From Enoplolaimus lenunculus (taxonomy: Eukaryota): a stretch of 64,000 nt of DNA. This document shows positions 49,501-61,400 of this stretch, one piece after another. The notes under the pieces are model-generated. The model made no database searches, had not been told where the DNA came from, and worked only from the letters and a program-made list of their open reading frames with translations. The translations under genes and the position numbers were made by a program. The DNA lies in the NCBI GenBank assembly GCA_030248215.1, contig JASANG010000864.1, positions 1 to 64,000 on the forward strand. The letters run 5' to 3'. Each line of letters starts with the position of its first letter. The stretch's first letter is position 1.

Positions 49501-52500
49501 TTTTTCTGGAGCGAATGGATTTCCTCGAATTGAGTGTCGGTAAAGAAAGGGTTAATAAAATAAAAAGAGTTTGTTTGCTGTAACGACACGATTAAGAGGG
49601 GGTAATAATAGAGGGGGTAGCATTTATGAGGCCCAATCAATAGGAATCCGTATCCGTAATAAGAATCCGCAAGCGCATAGAGTCCCTAAGCCCTAAACCC
49701 TAATTAGAGTCCATAAACGTTAATTTTACTAAATTGTGCTTAAATGACTCCAGCTAAAAATACAGTTGAGTTTGAAACTTTAAAACATACTTAGTTTTGA
49801 AAGTACATTCTTAAGTATAACCTTGCATTATCGCTCAAGGTTTTGATACAAGACAAATAAACGTTTAATTTAACGGATAGTTGCAATACCGAATATATAT
49901 CAGTAACGAAAGGCGGGTTAAAAACTATTAACCGTCCGTACCCGAATATAACAATTGATACCTTCCGCAGAGGCGTAATATCAGTCCTCTCTCTTATTCG
50001 GGTCACTCCGGTAGTTCTTTAAATTTACCTTAATGTCACCGAAGTGTTGCTAAAACTTTACCACATAACGAAGTCAGCGGTTAACTTTTGGTTGATGTTC
50101 GGTTAAAAACGTGGAACCAATGTCTCCTCATATTTATAAAAATCCTCGCATTTCTGAAAAAAGGGCTACAATACCTGTGATTAATTCGCCTCTAAATATA
50201 TTTTGGCTACCGCTATCAATAACTCTTACATCTCTTGCGCTCCGTTTATTGCTTTTCTTTTCATAATTGTTGCAACATTTATTGTCAAATGTTTTTATAA
50301 CACAACTTGAAGATCCGATAACAAGTCCGTGCCGAACTCACTTTGCTAAACACGGATAAACATTGTTCAGGGTGAGGCATGAAAGGGTTTTCGATGACTT
50401 TACAACCAAGGTTGAAAATTGTTTGAATGCCGAAATTTTTCCAGGGAGCTGAGTGCCCCTGCCGCTGCCCACCCCCAAGATAGGGACCCATCCAAATAAA
50501 AATGGTAAGAGTTTACATTATACTTCTACAGCACTAAAATTGCTTCAGGGGATACTTAAAACACATTTAATAGTGAGACTGTAAAAATGTTGCAGACAAA
50601 TTTTTCATATCAAACAGTCCGCGTTTTTTCACCAAGTTAAAATTTACAACGGTATTTCTAATGCTGGAGTTTGCAAAATTATAATTTCATACGTAAGTGA
50701 AATTTTACCACATTTTCAGTCAATGTTTTGTTTTATAGAATTCGCTTTTTTAATCGCTTTAAACTGGCTAAATATTAGCGCATTTTAAGGTTGGATGTGT
50801 TCTGTTACTTCGACTACAATCCATAGCAAAGTTCTCGTAAAAAGGTCTATATGGTACCTACTACATTAACTTAAATGAATTAACGTAAAATAGATAATTT
50901 TACAGTGAATCGCTGTTAGTCACTCGATTTACGTTACAAAACACTCTTTATCAGTAACTTCCAAACGAAGCCATTTAGTAAAAAATGTAACACCGGATAA
51001 GATATTGCATATTACACTTATCGACGGTAAAACTAGGTTGTTGTTTGCCAATGGGTGATCAATGAATCAAATCATGCTTGTCTGTACGAAAACATTGTAA
51101 AGATTTAAGAGCGTACTTATATAAGTCACATAGGGTTTCGTCGCATTTTGTCTTAAGTTCTCATTCAGCAAACTTCTGAACATATTGTTCCAAGCCAAAG
51201 AAATATATCGTCTATAGAAACGCGAATAATGTCGGCAAACGGAATAAGATATATATTGTGAACAGTTTAAAATTTCAAGTTTGTCTGCGTTTTCTGGTTT
51301 CGAGTTTCTTGTGAAAATTTGGGCAAAAAATACTAACAAATTTCAACCGCTGTTTTGAAATTCTTTTCGCCGCGGGTTTACCAGCATCAAAAATTTATTA
51401 CTTGGCCCATGTTTATCTTTTGGGTACCGGCTGCTAGCGTGCAGCTGCGAACCTGACATATTGTCTACCTTGACAACTCGATGCCAATCTATAGGCACAG
51501 CAGCTCGTTAAGCTGATAATCTGTCGTCCGGCTTACGCTTAGGTCGGTTGGGTTGCCGGAACCTACGGCTGGGTTAGGGGTGATAAGTTGTCAGGGTCGA
51601 CGATCGACTGGTTGTCTGGCGACGAATTGTTGTAGATTCAACGTAACCATTATAGGCTGTAAACCTTTGGTTTCGAGTAAAGTTTAATTTCGGCCATGAC
51701 ACGTGAATGGTGGAAATTTCAGCAAAACAAATTTTTCAATTTGTTGCCAATAGAATAATATATTAATTTTTAATTATGAGAATAAACCGTTCATTCTTTT
51801 CTAATGCAAATTCGAATACAAGTTGATGGAATTTTAGTAACATTAAATTATTTTGCACATCCCTTTAATGAATCTACGACAATTCGTCGCCCGATGATAA
51901 CTTGTTGCTCAGCGATGCTTTAAAGCTTGTGAATAAAACAAAGCATAATCCTAAGTGTCATCCTGAGCATATTGATAGATGTCGGAATTGTCGAGCAGAG
52001 GAAATTTCCGACTATAAGTTGTCGGGCAACGAGTTGTTGAGCGGCGAATTGCGATTTCCAAACGTTAGAGAAGTGCACTATTAGGCCGTTTTAGCTAACC
52101 AAAATGTCAGAAAGGGCTTGTTTGTAGAAATTTTATTGTTAGGTGGGTTGTAAAATAAGTTTGTGTCTTTTCCGTGCGACAATTTTTAGGCAAACGACGG
52201 CTAGCGCAGTTATAACAGAAAAGGCCCATAACGTTTCGAAAAAGGCCGCCAACTATCTGTGAATTTCAGCTCCTTAAGTATGGTTAGGGCAGAAGCAGCC
52301 ACCCGCATACCTCCAATACAGGGTCCTCACAGAGGGGCCCCGCCTAAGAAGGTTTTAAACACAAACTTTGAAGCAAATTCTGATCATCGCAACAGGCCGT
52401 CACCCTGGAATTTTTGAGGGCCCCTACTCAGGACTGCTCCGGCACCAAGCATAGAGTCTTGGGTCGCCTTTAATTACGTAAATTTTGAGGCTTTAAACTT

Positions 52501-55213
52501 GAACTTATTTTAAAGAAAGGTTATCTAAAATTGAATCTTTTGATTTGTTGCGAAAACAGAGTGTAACACAAGGCGATTATCAACCGAGTGTGAACAACAA
52601 AGAAATTTGTCAAAAATTACACGAAAAACTCAATATTCAGTTTTGTGTGTTTTTGTAAGATTAAATTACTTGAGTTGAACGCTTGTTCACAATTTAAGTC
52701 TTGTTTATCGAAGGCAATTAAAGAGTAATTTGTCATTTGAAAATTTTGACACATCCGTATTTCAGTTGTTTAGCATTTTGGGGTGACGGGTGAGGTATAT
52801 TGGGGGTGGTCGCTTACAAGTTATTATTTCGTTTTTGAAAACATTTATATACATCTCGTAGGCCAATCTGCTATTCATGCATACACCACTAACGGACCGA
52901 AAGGGAAGCGGCGGTGGGGCAGTACGTTGCCCGTCAGAAAATGTTTGGTGATAAAATGGTAAGAACGCACCCTACCTTACAATTTTTCCATTCCAAATCT
53001 TGATAGCATAAGCGTATGGTAAATATTGCGTTTTATAAATATTGCCAGCCCGCACCCCGTCAGAAATTTTTGAATCTGCCGTTGGTAATTGCTACAGGCT
53101 AAATTGCTTGGACAAAGCTAAGTGATCATTGGTCTGAATAGCAGATTGGCTTACGACATATACGTATTCAAAGAAAACGTATTGTTTTGGTAGGTTTATG
53201 AAAAAGCACTAGCATGCTATTGGGACGTGTTGGGACGGTCTATTCAAGGCGAACAATGGACACAGCCTTACCCTTTTCTAGAATGAGTTTAAACGTTTGA
53301 TGGCTAACTCTGCAGCGTCCGGTCAAACATTGTCCGAGTCCCCAAGTCCAAACCCATACCGTGGAAGCTAATTTTAAATTTCAAACGGTTATTCGATCAG
53401 TTTTGCCCAATTTTAAAAATAACACACCTATTTGAAGTTGACGCCCCTCAAGTAGAAATTGGCAACTCCAACCGTGTTCTGACCGCGTCTCAAATGAGGT
53501 TCTCATGTTGAGTCAAACGGGGTTCTCATGTTGAGAAAGCAACTCTTGTGATGTTGCTCAAACTAAGATTGAACGACAACAACGACGGCATTACTATGGT
53601 ATCACGACAATTCGTCCCTCGACAGCTCGTCGACCGATAGCTTTTCTATCCTGAAAGTTAGGCGAAACCGCGTCGATCGGACAAATTGTAGGAAGGATTC
53701 GATTAGGTTTTTGCTTTAGAAGTACGTTCAAGTTGACGTGGTAGACGAGATGTCTGGGCGACGAGTTGACAAGATCGACCATCGACTTGTCGTCGTCGAA
53801 TAACGTCCTATCAGTTTTAAGTCAGTTTTATAGTTGTGGTTTTCGTCTTTAAATTTTATTGGCTTTGTTTTTCCATGAATATTCGCAGGGTTTATTAAGT
53901 ATAATTAAAATTTCTTTGCATTTACTGTATGTTTAGACCCATGAGCCAGGTTCACCAATGACTCGCATACAGCGCAGCCAAGATTATAAAAATGCGGCAT
54001 ACCCATAGCCAGCTGACCGTGCCAGAGGCGGTGAGCGCAAACGTTTTCAGGGGGGAGCATACAAGGGTTTTCGATGACTTACAAGCAACGTTGATAATTT
54101 TCTAGGGGGCCAAAATGTTTTCAGCGGTGCGGAACCCGTGCCTGGCAAATCCTGTGTCTACGGGCCCGAGAAAAAGAGGTCATGTCGTGTAAAAATTTCA
54201 AAGGCGGGACGGTTCCTTATGTTACCCACTGAAAAATGCATGAACACACCTCTGAACAACTTCCCATCATTTTTATAGTTGTCGCATATATTTTTTTTAA
54301 ATTTGAACAATTTTTATAACTAAAACTGACGAAGCTCACGCAGTGAAAACTTTAAATGTCTGAAAATCGACGTTAATTGTGACAACTTTCGCGTGCCGTA
54401 CGTACGATTCAATGGTTTTTATTGTTTTATTTTTGTCAATGTTTGATTCGAGCCTGTAGCCAAGTATGGTCGGCCAGGGAGGCTCAGCCCCCCTAAAAAA
54501 TTAGCCCCCTAAAAAATTTTGCCCCTTTGAAAACGGTTCAACCTTGCCTGTAAGTCATTGAAAACCCTTGTATGTCCCTTCTGAAATGTTTTCAGTCCCC
54601 CCCGGGGCTCCAGGAAACGTGAGCTGTCTACGAGCTTGAGTTGATTCACTAAAAACAATGAATGAAATTTAGTGGCTCGACGAGTGCTCACATGCGCGTA
54701 GGCAAGATTGATTCACTTCTAGAGAATCTAACTTCATTTAAATTATTTTGTTTACGTAACTTTTTATTGGTCACTAGAATTCAACTGGTTATTTTAAAAC
54801 CTGTAAAAGTTGTCTTTTCTGTTATTCTATAACTTTCAGCGAAAAATATTGCAAGTTGTTCTTCATCTTGCATGCGATTTTGCTGTAGGGGCTGGTAGTC
54901 CATCAACAAACTGCAGTCATTAATCGTTTAGTTATGTTTTTTTAGTCAAAAACTTGTTATAAATCGCAGTATGTATTTTGTGTCGTCATAAAAAATACTA
55001 CGGTCAGTATATTTAATTTAATATTTTTATTTCTTTCTTTTCCTACACTGAGCAAAATTATTTTGTGTTAAATTTACGTTTCTGGTGGGAGGGGGGGTTG
55101 CAAGGTGAAAGCGTAATGCTGACGGCGGTTGAGAATATCTTAAGGGCTTACAAAAACAGACAAACTACTGCAACGGTTCTGTTTTCGTAAAACCTATAAC
55201 CGGTAAAACAATT

Positions 55214-55428
55214 ATGGATCTGAAAGAAAGCATTATTATACCGCTAATGCTCTTTTCGCTAGCTTTCATGGGTGTGCGTGCTTCGTACGAGGACGTCCAA
55301 CGGCGGCGCTATACAAGTCGTACAGCGCCGTCTGTTGCCGCACTTCGAAGCTCGTCATCGTGCGGTATTGTATGCGAGCCATTCGCGTACAATACCACAC
55401 AATGGCCGACGGCGACGAAAAGCGGACG
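55214..55428 (+). CDS. LDLR-family probable first coding exon (signal peptide)
   Basis: [23 protein letters not shown] hydrophobic leader; GC-richer than flanks; gtaagc donor at 55429. Confidence 0.65.
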
Positions 55429-58400
55429 GTAAGCGTTGCGCTATACTCGCCGCACGTCACCGGACGCCACCGAGTGCCGGCGCGCGGCTCGAAATAAATT
55501 TTTCGCTTAAAATTCCCCCAAATAGATTTGCCAGCGACGCACGGCGACCGTCTCTGGCACGGTAAAGTATAGCGCAACCCTAACAGATGGCATTAAAATT
55601 TATATTACCTAAAACGCCACCATTAAAGTTCTTCAAATTAGCTCGATCTATGGTTAATCCTTCACTCTCATACGCGGTCATCTAAATTGTTTTCGCGAAA
55701 TTTTAGGTTTATGTCTTAATAACCAAATCAATGACTTAGTTGACCTGGCGACCCGCTCGTAACCAAGGGGGTCAAATTGGTCAATTGAATCGAAGAATGT
55801 TGTAGTACAAATGAATCGATGTGTGATATCGCAAAATATAAACGCTCAATTTGTTTCAACCGTATTTGCCCTGTTTGTCGTGTCTTCCGTCCTTGTGTGC
55901 CTTTGTCAGTGTATGTTTTTGTGGTTTCGCAGCGGCGGAGCAGGGGGGGCAATGGTGGTCCTTCCTTAAAATTTCGGGATGCCGAACCCTTTGCGATGAT
56001 CAAATTATTTTTCAAATGTTTTGATTAAAATCTTGTTAAAGTGCGGGATCCTTTTTAAGGGGGGTCCCCAAATGGGAGGTAGGGTGGCGGCTGCTCTGGC
56101 GCTGTGTTTTTAGCTTGATTAGCTGAGCTGAAACATGAATTGTAAATTTGGTTTCGTTCGGTAACTGGGTACGTCTAATTTTGACGCCATCACACAATGT
56201 ATACCCTTCAAGGTTATTTACAGGTGGAACATCGTCAATATTCTCGATCAACGCTAGACAGTGCACGAAGGGTGAATTTCGATGCGCTAACGGTATTTGC
56301 ATCAACCGAACTTGGGTCTGTGATCATGGAAACGATTGTTTCGATGGGTCGGACGAGATTGGCTGTGGTAAGTAGGAACCACAATGCGACCGGATACGAA
56401 TTTACCGGATGTCGGATACGGATATCAGTTTTTACTGGATATTAAACCGGATATCCGGTCGCAACCTGGCTGGAGCATAGCAGTTTCTTTGTCTTTTTGG
56501 TCCATAAAATCGTGCTCTGTGTAGGCTACGTTTTGTAGCCCGTAAAAGTTACATACTCTTGTCAAAAAAAGCGAATGAATGATCATCTACTGGCAGGATC
56601 GAAATTTTGGGGCAGGATCGAAATTTTGGGGCAGGATCGAAATTTTGGGGCAGGATCGAAATTTTGGGGCAGGATCGAAATTTTGGGGCAGGATCGAAAT
56701 TTTGGGGCAGGATCGAAATTTTGGGGCAGGATCGAAATTTTGGGGCAGGATCGAAATTTTGGAAAGATGCGATTCGTCTTTGTTTATAAAAATTTGAAGA
56801 AGTCTTTTGTACATTTGAAACAGGTTTCCAAAATCTCACTGGTCAAAAATCACAATTGTGTAAATTTTACACCTAAACTCAAATCTCTGTCTGCTACTCC
56901 CTTGCCTACTGCCTCAATCCGTATTCTCACATATGTATTGCAACTATCATCAGTTAGTAATACGATTTCAAACTCACTAACTGTTACCGTTATTGTACTC
57001 AAAATCGATACAGGAGTAGAGCAGATTATATGCAAAAAACGTGCTAAATTTTGAGCCTCAGCGTTCATTGATTCCAAAGTAACACAAGTTATCACCAACT
57101 GGTGACAGGTGGTGCTACCCACATTTGAGAATACGGGCATTGATGGTAGTTATGCTGTAAACCATGCTACAGCAATTATTTTATTTCACAACTTTTTAAT
57201 TACAGATTTGACAATTTAATGGGTTTCGCTATTGCCTCCTCATTTCTGTCAAATTATAGTTCCACATTCCACTATTCAGGGATATGTGAATTTTAACGCA
57301 AGGACGTACCGGAGGCGGACGCCATCAGGCCCGTGTTCCCCAGTCCGAATACGTAATTTTTTCTGGTAAGTCCACATCCTCGCTGGATCGTCGTCAACGA
57401 ATTGTCAGGTTTGTTTAAAGAACAAAGATTTTAGTCGTTTTTTATATCGGTGCCAGTTTCGATTCCAATCTGAATTTGTCGAATGCCATTGATTATAGCG
57501 TATGAAATATGTCCGCCCGACAAATTCGCATGCGGCAACCGGAGATGCATACCGTACGAGTGGCGGTGTGATCAAGTGATTGATTGTTTTGACGAAGCCG
57601 ACGAATATAATTGCGGTAAACAAGCGGTTACTACAGTCTTAGGTTACCAGGTTGTTTTGTTCAACGTTCGCCAGCATTTGTCTCATCTTTTGTGATTTCG
57701 ATAAAAAAAGCTAAAATTGAAATTTTTAAAATTTGAAAAAAATTCAATTTTTGTACAAAAGCTTTTAAATACGCTGGTTACAGACACAACGCAATGTTTA
57801 TTTTGTTTGATATTTTTTGAAAATTTGGGAGGTGCGGGTATTGAGAAACCAAGTCCAAAGCTGCTAGGACCTCTCGTACCCGGATCTCTCGTATCCCATG
57901 GGGACAAAAATGGAACATCTATAAAATGTTTTGTCACCTATGGCGTCCTACAATTACGTATCTGATTTAGGGGGTCCGCACTTGTTAAGACTGACCCTAT
58001 TACAGGGGTGCTTACTTCAATAAACTGAACGAGTTACAGACTTACTACATAGGGATATGTTGCTTGGTACAATTCTGGTTTTGCGTAAAAATTTTCTTAA
58101 TTCTGGCGCCAAAATTAAGTGATGTAAACGGCTTCGCTCACCGCGATTCGGTATATAAATTTTTTTATGTGACCTGCAGATCCGGTTGCACCCTGCCTGC
58201 AGGGCCCCACCAACAATTGTCTGTTTCGGGGCTCCACATTTGCGGTCAATGAAAAGAACAGGGTCGAAACAGTATTATTAGCATTTTCCTAAGTCTAAGC
58301 CAAGCAAAAAAAATTAGTCTAAATCATAAGCCTACTCTATCCTAGTCCCACAAAAAAACGTTCCGCCTCCCGATCTTTAAATGGGCCCATTTGCTAAAAC

Positions 58401-61400
58401 CGGTCCTGCCTGTGAGGGACTCGTCTGCCGTCTGAGGACACTTTTCGCAACTGCGTCTTCCATTATGGCACCCATCCGTATTTCAGATTATACTACTGGG
58501 TGTGGCCGAACAGAATTTCGATGTCTGTCCAACAAACGTCATCAATGTATTGAAAGTGGTCGTGTTTGTGATGGGACCCCAAATTGTTTTGATGGCTCCG
58601 ATGAAGACAGCCGTTGCGGTAAAATGCCAAATGAACCAATGTAGAGATTTATTTAGCGTTGGCAAATATCTTAAAAATTACTAAACTCAGAATTTGACAT
58701 TAAAACATTTTTATACAAAGTTCGAATATTACGGCGCAATGATTTGACCTAAAAATGACCGGAATAACCAGTTAGGGGGCATGGTGAATATACTTGCATG
58801 TTTCTAAAAAACAAGAGCTGATTGAAGAGGTTACAAAATACATCAGATTATTAGCCTTGTCTTGCCATGCTGAATAGTTGAGATCGTAGTTTTCATTTCA
58901 CTTAAAGCTTACAATATGTTTTCTCGGCTACTGTAGCGACCCGAATAAGAGAGGGGGGTGGATATAAGAGAGGGTTCCAATTTTGAGTCACATTCAATAG
59001 GAGTCCGTATTCCTGATCAGAGTCCGTAAGCGAATAGAGTCCCTAAAACCTAATTAGAATCATAATTGTCAATTATCCCATAAATAACAGACCGTAACCG
59101 AATCGCTGGGGGTACCCTGGAGAGAGGCCAAAAAATATCAGCCCCCTTCTTATTGGGGTCACAACAGTAAATAACTATAAATTACAGACGGGGTCCAGTG
59201 TATAGGACAGGGCCGTTACATTAGTATAAACATATTCCTACATAATCCGTTCTTGATTAAATCTGCGTTAATTTCGACTTGTAAATGGCTAGAAACTGCG
59301 ACACCAAATCATAACTAATGTGATTTCAGGTATTAACGAATGTGAAATGCCAGGAATGTACTGCGATGTCATATGTCGCGATCTTTCAATCGGCTATGAA
59401 TGCGCCTGCGAGCAAGGATTCTATCTTGATCCTAGTAACAATCGTTCCTGTATGGGTAAGCTTTTAAACCGAGGTGTCGCCGCGCGGTATTACCACTTTG
59501 AAGTCCAGTGAGCTGATGTCGCCCGATCCGGAAGCAATAAATTTCACTGTTCACAATCGATGACTTGAATGAATTTCAAATTTAAATTTGCAATTAAAAT
59601 GAATTTTAAATTTAAATTTGAAATTAAAATCAATTTCATTGTTAAAAATGTTTATTTTGAGCATTTTTTAATAACTTGAAGATATCAACGAATGTGAGCA
59701 ATACAATGGTACTCGATATTCATGTGACCAAATGTGTTTCAACGTTCCTGGTTCGTTTGAATGCGTTTGTGACTCCCGATGGTTCACTTTAGCGAACGAT
59801 AATCGTACTTGTGTACGGCAACAGCCAGGTATTTTTTGGTTGAATTTACGACAATTCGTCGCCCGACGACTTGTCGCCCAACAGGATCGTAAACAAAAAC
59901 CTATTCATAAATCTAAACATAATTTGAAGCGTAATCCTAAGCCTAAGTCTAAGCGTACGCATAAAATGATGTGTAACAACGAATTTTGAGCCGATGAAAC
60001 TTCGAACTACAACTTGACGCGGGACGAGTGGTCTGGTGACGAATTGTCGTGATACCATTTTGGTTTTATGGTTTACAGCTTACGGAATATTAATATTAAC
60101 ATCCTTGTAGGACGATCAGAATTTAAGAGTAGATGAAAAATAAGGGTTTTACCCCCCTCCAGGACCTTTTAAGCTATGCAATGCTGGTTTTATTCGTTCG
60201 GATACTGAAGCTACTTCTGTATTCGTGTGCCCTTTATACATCCGCATACACAGTTGTCACATTGTATAGCGGAGTGGCGAACCATTTTTGTGCTTAAGCT
60301 TTAGACTGATTTTTTTTTGCTTTAGCTTTAGGTTTAGGCCTAACTTTATTTACAGGCTTATCCTTATGTTGAAGCTTCACTTTGAAACAAGCTTATACAA
60401 CTGTTACGGTCGTCTAGCAATGCATGGGTCCACAATTGTGTATCTTGTAGAACGCACAAATTAGAAATGAAGCATAAGTAATGGATTAAGGTTTTTCGAC
60501 CCTTACATCACAGCCCAGCGCTTCCAAAAAGCGCACTATAAGCGAACGTTCAGCTGACGCATGTGTATCAGCAAGCTATTTTAGCTGTTCTCAATTTGTA
60601 TTTTTTTAAAAATGAATAAATTTTATAAAAACTGTTTATTAAAAACATTTTTTAAAAATTTAAAATAATTTCTGCTCAATGAAATTTTTAAATAGCGATT
60701 CTGAGTGAACTTATTTACTTCCGGTCCTGTGTAAGACCTTAATGTATCTTCGGTAGTAAGTTTTCTCACATTTCAAGCATTCGTTTCAGACAGCGGTCCA
60801 GTACTGCTAATTGTCAGCTCAGACAGCATTAAAGTGTTTGATCCAAATTTAAATACCACTCGAGTGCTGAACTCTTCTGCATTGAATCGTCAACGGCTCA
60901 TTGTATTGGATGCGACTTTTTCAAAAATTGTCCAATCAATGAACGATGGAATGACGTCATCAGACACATCTGGCCAATCGCAAAGTGCAACAGTGACGCT
61001 GTCGGAAACCATTAAGCTCATTGGTTTATACCAAAGCGAAAATGCGATGGAGATATTTGAAACGCTAATTCAATTGGATGATATTATTCCGAACAATGGA
61101 AAATTAGCCAACCAAACGCCAGCAACAAACCAGGACACGAATAGTGAAGCAATGAGTGTTGGAGATGTCAATAATAATATAGGACCAGTTACGGGTGCTA
61201 CAATGGCTGTTGATTGGGTCACAAGGTATGCTTTAGAATACCGTTTAAGTTTGGAATTTGACAATATAATATTTTGTTTAACAGTAAGCTTTGATGTTAA
61301 AAAAATTTGAAGTTAAGTGTGGAAACTATCTTAGCATGTATATAGCTATATGGCGGGGCAAGGGTAAATTATTATAACGCGGCGTGCAAGATTGTTACGA

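Noticed and set aside
56549..57054. ORFs with [19 protein letters not shown] repeats; CRISPR-like periodicity
   Set aside because: 19-bp head-to-tail minisatellite with no spacers, inside a eukaryotic intron.
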